In this document: in pieces, positions 8,070-16,646 of the stretch | Layout: every line of letters starts with the position of its first letter | Numbering within the stretch: the stretch's first letter is position 1 | Virus record (IMG/VR): IMGVR_UViG_3300021964_000015 | Origin: a virus | Strand: one strand, 5' to 3' | DNA length: 64,000 bases | Made by a program: the position numbers and the translations under genes | Notes under the pieces: model-generated | Seen by the model: only the letters and a program-made list of their open reading frames with translations | The model's database searches: none | Told to the model about the DNA's origin: nothing

Positions 8070-9001
8070 TCGACATGTTTCAACAATTTCAAAACTTATT
8101 AACTGACCTAAAAACTGGCGCACGTAAAAGCGCAGAAGCAAGTAAAGCTGCGTATCAAAAAGGCGAGTACTATCCAAGCGTCTTAAAGATGCGTGGGTTG
8201 TATCAAGATGAATTAAATAAACTTGGTGTCAGCTTAAAAGAAACGCCAGTACAAGCAGTTGGCGCTGCTGGTGCAAGATTACTTACCGACTTAACAAACG
8301 ATGGAACGCGTGGTATCTATTGGCGTTATAACCATCCCCTAGCAATTCTTGGTGCAGGTGCTGAACTTGCTATTGGTAAAGAAGCTTATAGAGAACTTGG
8401 CCCCACTAAAACTGGATTAATTGGCGCAGCAATCTCTGTACCGGCAACTGCATTGGCTGGTGCATATGACATCACTAATCCAGGTGAAATGTTTAGGCCA
8501 AAGGGTTATGCGCAGAGTTATGCTGAACCTGGATCAGAAGATCGCAGGGAAACAACTCAACCTGTGCCAGAGTTATTTGAGCGTTTCTTCCTGGGACGTA
8601 CTGGTAGACCCTTGAAGTATGAAACGGCAAAACAAGATATCCCTTCTTTGACGCCTGAGCGTTACGGTAACTACCTAAGAAACTATTATCAAGATAAAGG
8701 TATTCTTGCTGGTTTAGTTAAAGGAACATCTGAAAACTTAGAAGGTGTACCAGAGGCAAGGGTCGTTGGCTATCCTGTAACTATTCCTTCTGTTACTACA
8801 GCGGTTGGTGGTATTGCTGGCGCAGCTGCAGGTATACGTAGTGCACCAATACTTAAGCAATCATTCCGTCGTGGTTTAGCAGGCGCTGTACTTGGTGGTG
8901 GTGCAGGTGTAATTGCAGGTAATATTGCAAATGCAACGCTAGCAGCTAAACCAGTTGAGCAAAAGTTACCAACAACTGCTCAATATGAAATGATGCAATG
9001 A
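8066..9001 (+). CDS. putative internal virion/membrane protein
   Basis: 311 aa with glycine-zipper-like segments. Confidence 0.7.
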   Translation: MIDMFQQFQNLLTDLKTGARKSAEASKAAYQKGEYYPSVLKMRGLYQDELNKLGVSLKETPVQAVGAAGARLLTDLTNDGTRGIYWRYNHPLAILGAGAELAIGKEAYRELGPTKTGLIGAAISVPATALAGAYDITNPGEMFRPKGYAQSYAEPGSEDRRETTQPVPELFERFFLGRTGRPLKYETAKQDIPSLTPERYGNYLRNYYQDKGILAGLVKGTSENLEGVPEARVVGYPVTIPSVTTAVGGIAGAAAGIRSAPILKQSFRRGLAGAVLGGGAGVIAGNIANATLAAKPVEQKLPTTAQYEMMQ

Positions 9002-9032
9002 TAGAATTTATTTTATAGAAAGTTAGAATGTA

Positions 9033-9854
9033 ATGGCACGTGAACGTATCCCGCAAGGCGGACAATTAGCTGTATGGGATCCTTTGACGGCAGGTTTTGC
9101 TACCTTGCGGGATCCACGTGCTGCAGCTTCGTATTACGAACAACCTTTACAAAGAGCAAGAGTAGGAGCACAAGATTTCTTAAATAAATATGGCCGAGGC
9201 GCTTTAATTGCCGGTGCCGCCTTACCAGCTGTAGGTACTTCACTTGAAGAGCTGCAAGAAGGTCGCCCCCTGGGCGCAGTAGCTGCACTTGCACCAGCTG
9301 GTCTATCTGCACTTGGTACTGGCATGATTGGCCGTACGGGTCAGGCCATGATCGGCAAAGGAGGTGTTGCTGGCACTGCAGTTGGTTTAGGTTTGATGGG
9401 ATTAGGCGCTATCCTTCCCGGTGCTGCTGCCAAGGGCGCAGAAGCTGTACGCCAAAAGGTCACAGGTGAACCAACAACTGGTGGCGAAAGTTTAAGTACG
9501 GAACTTGCAAGAGCACGTAAACGTGCACAGTTTGAAAATGAGCTTGCGCAAGAGCGCATGGGTGTTAACCTTAGCGGAACGACTGATCTTCTGGCAGCAA
9601 TAAGCAATCAACAGTTTACTGATCTCCAAAGGAATATTCCCTTAATTAATAAACTTAACGATGCAGCGCTTGTTCGTCAGCAAGCTTTACTTAATACACA
9701 AAATCAAGGTTATCTCCAGCAGGGCATGCTTGCAAATGCAGGCGCACTTGCCCGTGGAGCCCAAGCCGAAACAGGTGCAACTGTACGGACTGCTTTAACT
9801 AGTAACCCGTACTCAAATGTTGTAATGCAAGCTCCTCAAATTAGGTTTGGTTGA
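9033..9854 (+). CDS. putative internal virion (ejection/pilot-like) protein
   Basis: Gly/Ala TM segments followed by a Q/N-rich helical tail. Confidence 0.7.
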   Translation: MARERIPQGGQLAVWDPLTAGFATLRDPRAAASYYEQPLQRARVGAQDFLNKYGRGALIAGAALPAVGTSLEELQEGRPLGAVAALAPAGLSALGTGMIGRTGQAMIGKGGVAGTAVGLGLMGLGAILPGAAAKGAEAVRQKVTGEPTTGGESLSTELARARKRAQFENELAQERMGVNLSGTTDLLAAISNQQFTDLQRNIPLINKLNDAALVRQQALLNTQNQGYLQQGMLANAGALARGAQAETGATVRTALTSNPYSNVVMQAPQIRFG

Positions 9855-9856
9855 TT

Positions 9857-10396
9857 ATGGCAGGATTAGTTTCTCAAGGCCCGCTTATCCGGGAGCAAGT
9901 ATTTAGAAATCCCTATCTCAATAGGGGCGTTTCTTTTGGTGAATTAGTGGACTTTCCATCTTTTCCACAAACGCGTACACCTGGCATTTTACCTGAACAA
10001 GGCACTTTGGCAGGTAGTTACATGGACGTACTGGCCAAGTATGGCCTAGAAGATGACACCGAAGCCAAACGTGATTTACTTAATATTTCTCTCTTTGGTG
10101 ATTTAATGAAAAATCAAAAACAAAGTCCAGAAGAAATTAAAGAAATATTAGGGGCAGTTAGCGACTTCCGCAGGGCAGAAGGTGCAGAATTAGCAAAAGC
10201 TGCGGTTGGTCAAAACTTGGCCGCTCAGGGTATTGCCTCCCTTGGTAAAATGGGGGAAGCTGTAAATAGATTTAGAGAGATTCCTTTATTAGCGCTTGCG
10301 GGTCAAACACAACAGCTGCCAACAACTTTTGGTAATTACGGCAGCCAGCGCCCAGCGTTTGGTTCTAGTATTCGTACAAGATTAGGGAGGGCTTGA
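9857..10396 (+). CDS. hypothetical virion protein
   Basis: in tight operon, start MAGLVSQ. Confidence 0.7.
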   Translation: MAGLVSQGPLIREQVFRNPYLNRGVSFGELVDFPSFPQTRTPGILPEQGTLAGSYMDVLAKYGLEDDTEAKRDLLNISLFGDLMKNQKQSPEEIKEILGAVSDFRRAEGAELAKAAVGQNLAAQGIASLGKMGEAVNRFREIPLLALAGQTQQLPTTFGNYGSQRPAFGSSIRTRLGRA

Positions 10397-10398
10397 TC

Positions 10399-10845
10399 AT
10401 GGCGGCACCATTAGCGGCTGCAAGTTTTTTAGCGCCAACTACAAATGCTTTTGCCTTAGGTACCGGTGCAGCCGCAGGTGCTACAGGTGCAGCAGGTGGC
10501 CTAGCTGGTTTAGGCGCAGCTTTAGGTGGTCCAATTGGCTGGGCAGGATTAGGTTTAACCGCCCTTGGTACTGCAGGGCAATTATTTGGTGGTTCTCGTG
10601 CTGCTAGTGCAGCCCGTGAACAAATGGAGAAAGATAGGGAATATGCATTTGGTAGCCAGCTTTTTGCTCAGGAGTTTCCTCGTTATCTTGATTTCAAAGA
10701 CACTAAGCGTGAAATTGCTTTAATGAATTCTCCTGCTTACAAACAAGCAAGAGGTTTTGAAGGAAGGATGGATACGTTTGACAAGATGGCAGGTAAATAC
10801 GGCCCTGCAATGGCACGACTTACTTCTGGTTCTTTCTACGGGTAA
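10399..10845 (+). CDS. pilot-protein-like Gly/Ala-rich protein
   Basis: long GA-rich N-terminus (GAALGGPIGWAGLG) then a charged helix. Confidence 0.7.
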   Translation: MAAPLAAASFLAPTTNAFALGTGAAAGATGAAGGLAGLGAALGGPIGWAGLGLTALGTAGQLFGGSRAASAAREQMEKDREYAFGSQLFAQEFPRYLDFKDTKREIALMNSPAYKQARGFEGRMDTFDKMAGKYGPAMARLTSGSFYG

Positions 10846-10850
10846 TTAAA

Positions 10851-11420
10851 ATGTACGGTGATGAATCTATTATTGAAGGTATCTTAGGTCGTTATCAAGG
10901 CGGCAGAAAGAGGCCTTTTATTAAAGGTTACAAACAAGCTATCAAATTAGGCCAAGAATCTCCTGAATCTGCAGCTGCTTCTTTCCTTGCTGAAGCGGAT
11001 GTATATGGCTGGAAATCAGGTAAGGCACAAAAAGCGGCACGTAAACTTGCAGGCAAAAAAGTTCGTGGAGTTAAACCAGGACGCTATCGCTCTCTTGATC
11101 CTTTAATTGAAAGCGGCTACGAAACGCTCTTAGGCCGTACACCAACCTTTGATGAGATTGAAAGCTTTAAAGGTCTTGCTGGAGCACGCCGCATTAGTCC
11201 TAGTGATCCAGGTGCATTTTCTGCATTCCTTAGTGATACTCTTATGGCATCACCGGAAGGCATGGGTAAAATTAAAACAGAGCAAGATTACTTGTTTGAA
11301 TCAATGTATGGACCCATGGGGCGCGATGAAGAGGGTTATCTCAAGCGTGGCACCTTTAAGTTTGACACTGGCGCCATGACTCAAATTGCAAATGCAATGA
11401 ATGCTGCAATAGGTAATTAA
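10851..11420 (+). CDS. hypothetical protein with DUF4214-like motif
   Basis: YETLLGRTPTFDE resembles the YxxLLGRxPDxxG motif. Confidence 0.65.
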   Translation: MYGDESIIEGILGRYQGGRKRPFIKGYKQAIKLGQESPESAAASFLAEADVYGWKSGKAQKAARKLAGKKVRGVKPGRYRSLDPLIESGYETLLGRTPTFDEIESFKGLAGARRISPSDPGAFSAFLSDTLMASPEGMGKIKTEQDYLFESMYGPMGRDEEGYLKRGTFKFDTGAMTQIANAMNAAIGN

Positions 11421-11450
11421 CCTAGAATAGTTTAATTAACAGGAGTAGAA

Positions 11451-11984
11451 ATGGCCGGAAGAGGTATTGGTAAAGCCTTAAGAGGCGTAGGCAAGCAGCT
11501 TGGTGCCGCAGAAATCAATCGTATTGCAAAAGATTTAGGCGTTCCGATTTCTGATGTTTATGACAAAGCAGTAAGCCAAAATATAAATCTTTCACGAAAA
11601 GTTGAACAGAATGCGGCAGCTGATAGATACGTACCAACTCCAGTAGAGCCTATTCAGGATACATCTTCTACTACAGGAGGAGGTGGAGGTGGCAGTAACT
11701 TTGGAGGAGTCAATGCCCCTGGAGTAGATGCAACTGGACCTACATTGGATGCTGCCGAGACTGTTGCAGAGTGGACATCGCGTAAAGCAATTGCAAAATT
11801 ACAGGAAGATAGTGCAACCGAACGTTTAAAGTACGAAGTTGACAACCGTATCCCTTTAACAGAAGCTGAATACAAGGGAAAAATTGACTTACAGAAGATT
11901 GTTAACGCGGGTAATAGAAGAGTTGCTAACATCCAACGTGGTTCCCAAATGTTTGCAAGCATGATGGGTGCATTTAATTTCTAA
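11451..11984 (+). CDS. hypothetical virion protein
   Basis: AGGAG RBS; C-terminus MMGAFNF similar to MMGNF of 12511-12792. Confidence 0.75.
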   Translation: MAGRGIGKALRGVGKQLGAAEINRIAKDLGVPISDVYDKAVSQNINLSRKVEQNAAADRYVPTPVEPIQDTSSTTGGGGGGSNFGGVNAPGVDATGPTLDAAETVAEWTSRKAIAKLQEDSATERLKYEVDNRIPLTEAEYKGKIDLQKIVNAGNRRVANIQRGSQMFASMMGAFNF

Positions 11985-12014
11985 CGTTAAAATATAAATA
12001 GTTGTTTTAGGCTA

Positions 12015-12464
12015 ATGCGTATTAATCCGTTTGCATCTTCGCAAGCTAGTTCTGTGTGGGACAGGGGCAGCAACGTTAGAGGTGGCCGCAGGCCTCCCTC
12101 TAGTGTATCTTCAGGCGGTGGTCGTGGTTCTATGACTGCCGCTGATTTACAAAATGTACGTGGTCCCATTGTGGATGATCGCGGTCCTATGGGAGGAGGT
12201 GCTTATACGGGTGGTCGTGGTTCTATGACCGCAGCCGACTTACAAAATGTACGTGGTCCCATTGTGGATGACCGTGGTCCTGTGGGTGGTCGTGGTTCTA
12301 TGACTGCCGCTGATTTACAAAATGTACGTGGTCCCATTGTGGATGACCGTGGTCCTATGGGAGGCCGTGGCCGTGGTGGCTCCAAGCCTAGAAACCGTGC
12401 AAACAGGAGCCGCGATTTAAAAAGTCGTCGTTTCCAAGAGTTTCTAACATCTTTTTATAGGTGA
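12015..12464 (+). CDS. RG/RGG-rich repeat protein
   Basis: 3x GGRGSMTAADLQNVRGPIVDDRGP with synonymous differences between copies. Confidence 0.75.
   Translation: MRINPFASSQASSVWDRGSNVRGGRRPPSSVSSGGGRGSMTAADLQNVRGPIVDDRGPMGGGAYTGGRGSMTAADLQNVRGPIVDDRGPVGGRGSMTAADLQNVRGPIVDDRGPMGGRGRGGSKPRNRANRSRDLKSRRFQEFLTSFYR
12117..12365 (+). repeat. coding tandem repeat, about 72-bp unit x3
   Basis: copies start at 12117, 12210 and 12285. Confidence 0.9.
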
Positions 12465-12510
12465 ATTAAAAATAGTGCATTAAAATTAATCTGTAGAGCT
12501 TGTAATTTTT

Positions 12511-12792
12511 ATGTCTTACTCTATTAACCTTCCTCAGGCAGCCAATCGCAAACGTGCTTCCTTTGGGCAACTTCGTGCACAGGGCCTGGACGAAGCAGAG
12601 GCAAAACAACTTCTTGGCCAACAGGCAGAGCGTGAATACGGCGGTGGTATGAGCCGTGCCGAACTGCAGGATTTTGAAACTCTCCTTGGCCGCCTGGAAG
12701 GTTCTAAAATGCGTCAGGCTGCTCAATCGAACCGTGCACGTCAGCGCGACACCTTTGCCGCAGGTCTTGCTGGCATGATGGGCAATTTCTGA
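12511..12792 (+). CDS. hypothetical virion protein
   Basis: 93 aa with codon usage like the capsid gene. Confidence 0.75.
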   Translation: MSYSINLPQAANRKRASFGQLRAQGLDEAEAKQLLGQQAEREYGGGMSRAELQDFETLLGRLEGSKMRQAAQSNRARQRDTFAAGLAGMMGNF

Positions 12793-12823
12793 TCTAAAAT
12801 AAATCAATAGCTCTACGTAGATA

Positions 12824-13009
12824 ATGCCAGTAGACAATAAAGATTCAGGTGCAGAATTTGATCTAAATCGTTATCGGCAAGCAGCTGATGTTGCTTACCG
12901 TTACGCTAAGGATAAGATTAACCGTGAACGATCTACTGGCACTACGGACAGCAAAGATCCTTTTGGTGAAGAACCCAAAAAGAAAACAGATAAACAGAAG
13001 GAAAATTAA
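12824..13009 (+). CDS. small charged protein
   Basis: FDLNRYRQAADVAYRYAK. Confidence 0.7.
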   Translation: MPVDNKDSGAEFDLNRYRQAADVAYRYAKDKINRERSTGTTDSKDPFGEEPKKKTDKQKEN

Positions 13010-13011
13010 CC

Positions 13012-13296
13012 ATGCAAGAAGAGCCGTTTTATTTTGAAAGCGCGGAAAATCCTGATCCGTATGATTTATTCTTCGATGAGGATAAAGCGCGTAAAGCTGC
13101 TTCAGCTGTTAAGATCTTCCAAGATGTATCTGTTGGCTCATCTAAAGAAAAGATGAGGGAAGCTGGTACCCAAGAAAGGGAAACTATTGGTAAATCAGGT
13201 GAAGAACAAAGAAAGTCTGCAGAGCAATCACAGCGTTTCGGCGAAAGCGACGAAGCCCGTGACTACGGCCAAGCACAACGAGCATATCGATATTGA
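13012..13296 (+). CDS. hypothetical protein
   Basis: 94-aa ORF in operon. Confidence 0.7.
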   Translation: MQEEPFYFESAENPDPYDLFFDEDKARKAASAVKIFQDVSVGSSKEKMREAGTQERETIGKSGEEQRKSAEQSQRFGESDEARDYGQAQRAYRY

Positions 13297-13783
13297 GATA
13301 TTCGATCGTTGGCTAGACAATTTAGATTCACCAACTGAAGAAGCATTTAAATCTTTTTGCGCAGAGAACTTTTCTGTAATTGAATGTTATCTTTATGCCA
13401 GGTTTTTGCGTTACAACGGAAGCATCACTGGTTGTGACCACTGGTTAAATAAAAATTATCCAAAACCTGACCATAGGAAGGTTTTGTTGTATGAAATTGA
13501 TGAGATGCAAGAAGACATCCGTAAGCTAAGGCAGGATGTTGATAATGGTCTTGTCAAACGTGATGCTGGTGTAGCACGTATTGCATCAATGCAAAAAGAA
13601 TTACGTGGCACTATTGCTCAAGTTGAGCTTTCTACTTCTATCAAGGATAGAAAAGGTTTATTGATGGCGGGTGCTGATCGTGCCATCCGTGAACTAATTA
13701 CTATCTTCAAAGATGATCCAATTGAAATTCCACTGGAAGAAGCATCAATGAGTGTTTGGTCCCATATGCAGCTAGAAGAATAA
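13187..13783 (+). CDS. helical protein, possible terminase small subunit (start uncertain)
   Basis: coiled-coil C-terminal half, upstream of TerL. Confidence 0.55.
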   Translation: MVNQVKNKESLQSNHSVSAKATKPVTTAKHNEHIDIEIFDRWLDNLDSPTEEAFKSFCAENFSVIECYLYARFLRYNGSITGCDHWLNKNYPKPDHRKVLLYEIDEMQEDIRKLRQDVDNGLVKRDAGVARIASMQKELRGTIAQVELSTSIKDRKGLLMAGADRAIRELITIFKDDPIEIPLEEASMSVWSHMQLEE

Positions 13784-13801
13784 TTCACGTAGACTGGTAA
13801 C

Positions 13802-14179
13802 ATGAGAAAACCACCTCCGCAACCTCCAGAATATGGAGAAAATATTGCCGGACGTTTATTCGAAGTTGTTCGTCAATTAAATAAAAACCGCGAACAATCT
13901 GCTGGTATCAAGAAACCTACTCCTCTTGATCCCAAGGTTTCTCGTGGTCAAGAGGTAATGAATGCCTTATTAGATAACAAAGAAAATGAGCAAGAACAAA
14001 ATGCCGCCTCAGCTTCTGGAGTACTTCAAGAAGAAGGAGGCCAAGAAAGAGGACGGCAGCGAGATGTCGGACAAGGAGAAGCGGAAGGCCGCTTTAGAGA
14101 AAGCGAAGAAGTACAAGGAGCAGAAGAAGAATCGCAAGGGCAAGGACGAGAAAGAGGACGAGGACGACGAATGAGTTAG
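13802..14179 (+). CDS. hypothetical protein with overprinted C-terminus
   Basis: ATG start; 3' half contains 13986-14174 in another frame. Confidence 0.55.
   Translation: MRKPPPQPPEYGENIAGRLFEVVRQLNKNREQSAGIKKPTPLDPKVSRGQEVMNALLDNKENEQEQNAASASGVLQEEGGQERGRQRDVGQGEAEGRFRESEEVQGAEEESQGQGRERGRGRRMS
13986..14174 (+). CDS. small Lys-rich protein
   Basis: MSKNKMPPQLLEYFKKKEAKK, typical cyanophage small basic protein. Confidence 0.65.
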   Translation: MSKNKMPPQLLEYFKKKEAKKEDGSEMSDKEKRKAALEKAKKYKEQKKNRKGKDEKEDEDDE

Positions 14180-14208
14180 TATTTATTTATAACGAATGAA
14201 TACTAACT

Positions 14209-15735
14209 GTGCCTGCTTATCAACATCTTGCTTATAGACGTAATGCACAAGCTGCTGCACGCAGGCAACAAATTAGAGTTCCACGAAACCTTGAATCCCT
14301 GGAAAAAGCAAGGGATGATTTTGGTTTCTTTTGTGAGTATGTAGCAGATAAACCACCTGCCGAACATCATAAAGAATGGCATCGGCACTTTGTAACGCAA
14401 GAAGATAGTAGTTGTTTAGTAAAGATTGCTGGACCCAATATTGATCTATTGGCTCCACGAGGTTCAGCTAAATCAACCATCCTTGGATTATTTACTGCAT
14501 GGGCCATTGGTGTACACACCATGGCAAAGAAACCACTACAAATTCTTTACCTTTCTTATACGGTTGATATTGCTCGTTCCAAGTCAGCAACCATCAAACG
14601 AATCATTGAAAGCAAAAGATATCAAGAAGTTTTCCCCAAAGTACGCCTTCTCAAAAACGTAACCAGTAACGAGTACTGGTCTATTGACCATAAGTTTGCT
14701 GGTATTGATACCACAGGTGAAGAGCAATTTACTTTATGCGCAGCGGGCCTCAAAGGTTCGGTGACATCAAAACGTTCTCACCTGGTAATCATTGATGACG
14801 CAATTAAATCAGCAGCTGATATTGCTAATCCAGATATCCGTAAACAGATGCAGGATAACTGGAATGCAGTGATTGCACCAACCATGTTTGAAGGAGCACG
14901 TGCCATCTGCCTTGGTACACGCTTCCGACATGACGATATTCATTCAACTACTTTTAACCCACAAAACAATTGGATGCAGATCGTGTTATCTGCAATCCTT
15001 ACTGATCCCAAAACAGGGGATGAAGTTTCATACTGGCCAGATATGTGGTCGTTGGATTATTTAAAGGAAAAGAAACGACAAGCACCTATTGCTTTTTCTT
15101 TCCAGTACATGAATCAAATCGTCAGGCAGAATGAATTGTCGCTGGCGCCAGAACTTATTGTTAAAGCTGAGATCTCTACGGAGTTTGACACGCTTGCTGT
15201 AGGGGTTGACCTATCTGCTGGTACGAAAGAGAAAAATGATTATACCGTTATGGTTCTGGGTGGTCGCATCGAGGATCGCATTCACGTTATTGATTACCGC
15301 AGATTGCGAGTAATGGGTAACCTTGAAAAACTTGATGCCCTCAAGGAACTACTTAATGATTGGTCCATCCTTGGACGCGATGAACAAGGTAATTACTTTC
15401 CTACTTATTCCACCTGTGATATTTACTCGGAAGCTGTGCAGTACCAGGCATCACTGGAGGCCGACTTCAAACGCGTTTGTTTAAACAATGAAAATCTTTA
15501 TAACTTAAATTGGCATCCTGTCAAAGGATTCCGTGCAGATAAGTTGGCACGTTTCCGTGGTTGCATGGGGTTGTTTGAAGATCGCAAGATTATCTTCAAT
15601 CGTTACCGCAACTTCACTGCAATGTTTGAAGAGCTTACCAACTTTGGTGTTAGCAGTCATGATGACTGTGTTGATGCGTTGGTTTGGATGATTAACGGAT
15701 TAATGCGGAAAGGTAAGCTTCAGGTTGATTACTAA
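14209..15735 (+). CDS. terL: terminase large subunit
   Basis: Walker A APRGSAKST, Walker B LVIIDD, GTRF coupling motif, RNase H nuclease GVDLS...NDYT...HDDCVDA. Confidence 0.95.
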   Translation: MPAYQHLAYRRNAQAAARRQQIRVPRNLESLEKARDDFGFFCEYVADKPPAEHHKEWHRHFVTQEDSSCLVKIAGPNIDLLAPRGSAKSTILGLFTAWAIGVHTMAKKPLQILYLSYTVDIARSKSATIKRIIESKRYQEVFPKVRLLKNVTSNEYWSIDHKFAGIDTTGEEQFTLCAAGLKGSVTSKRSHLVIIDDAIKSAADIANPDIRKQMQDNWNAVIAPTMFEGARAICLGTRFRHDDIHSTTFNPQNNWMQIVLSAILTDPKTGDEVSYWPDMWSLDYLKEKKRQAPIAFSFQYMNQIVRQNELSLAPELIVKAEISTEFDTLAVGVDLSAGTKEKNDYTVMVLGGRIEDRIHVIDYRRLRVMGNLEKLDALKELLNDWSILGRDEQGNYFPTYSTCDIYSEAVQYQASLEADFKRVCLNNENLYNLNWHPVKGFRADKLARFRGCMGLFEDRKIIFNRYRNFTAMFEELTNFGVSSHDDCVDALVWMINGLMRKGKLQVDY

Positions 15736-15767
15736 CTTTTAGAATAGAAAAAAATACCAATATTATT

Positions 15768-16064
15768 GTGGGACCTGAATATATTGCAATCGGCATTACA
15801 GCTGTTGTTTCTGCTGTAACTGGCGGTGGATGGATGGCAACTAAAATACTTGGCCGTCAATCAGAACAGATCCAACAAGTATTTAATTATGTTGGCTCGC
15901 AAAAAAGAAGGATTGACATTTTGGAAAATGACGTGAAGCGTATGCCCCTGGAATACGTATTAAAAGTTGATTTTCTTAGAGAAATCCAACAGATGCATGA
16001 CAATCTTAGTCAAATCAACACAAAGCTTGATAAACTAATTGAAAAACTACTGGAAGTAAAATGA
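15768..16064 (+). CDS. single-TM coiled-coil protein (holin-like)
   Basis: N-terminal TM then coiled coil ending INTKLDKLIEKLL. Confidence 0.65.
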   Translation: MGPEYIAIGITAVVSAVTGGGWMATKILGRQSEQIQQVFNYVGSQKRRIDILENDVKRMPLEYVLKVDFLREIQQMHDNLSQINTKLDKLIEKLLEVK

Positions 16065-16243
16065 CTTACGTCATCGAAGTACAAGAAGATGATAACGGTG
16101 ATTGTTTCATCACGCTTCCCGATGAGGTATTAGAAGACCTTGGCTGGCAAGAAGGCGATGTTTTAAATTATGATTTTCGTGGTGAAGGCATTGTCATTAC
16201 TAAATTGAATGACATCAATGCATATGAAGTTATAGAGGATTAG
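16061..16243 (+). CDS. AbrB/MazE/SpoVT-like DNA-binding protein
   Basis: GDCFITLPDEVLEDLGWQEGDVL. Confidence 0.8.
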   Translation: MTYVIEVQEDDNGDCFITLPDEVLEDLGWQEGDVLNYDFRGEGIVITKLNDINAYEVIED

Positions 16244-16269
16244 AATAAAAAAATTGGAGATGATTAAAA

Positions 16270-16614
16270 ATGCGTTTTAGTGGATATCAAAATGTGCCGG
16301 GTGCTCCAGGCCAAGTAGCATACCCTGGCATGAACCCAATGATGATGGCTGGTAACCCTAGCTTTGATATCAACCGTGGCGCAGGTGCCCTTGGTGGACG
16401 CTCTGGTGAGCAGCTGAAAAGATTATATGAAGGCGGCACACAACAGAATCAACAACTAAATGAAGAACTACGTCGCCGTGGAATCATGCCCGGTGGACCG
16501 CAACTTCCTTTAGCTTTTGGCATGGGGGGCATGGCACCTATGGGCAACGCTGGTTCGATGACCATGCCAATGACACAAATGCCGATGGGATTCCAGAATA
16601 AAACTGTCTCCTGA
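16270..16614 (+). CDS. Met/Gly/Pro-rich hypothetical protein
   Basis: 114-aa ORF with GGAG RBS and TAGAAT upstream. Confidence 0.7.
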   Translation: MRFSGYQNVPGAPGQVAYPGMNPMMMAGNPSFDINRGAGALGGRSGEQLKRLYEGGTQQNQQLNEELRRRGIMPGGPQLPLAFGMGGMAPMGNAGSMTMPMTQMPMGFQNKTVS

Positions 16615-16646
16615 AACTGCTACTATTTAAAAAAGGAGAATAATTA

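Noticed and set aside
12117-12365. Possible CRISPR-like array
   Set aside because: Units are about 72 bp, in frame, vary synonymously and lack unique spacers; no cas genes
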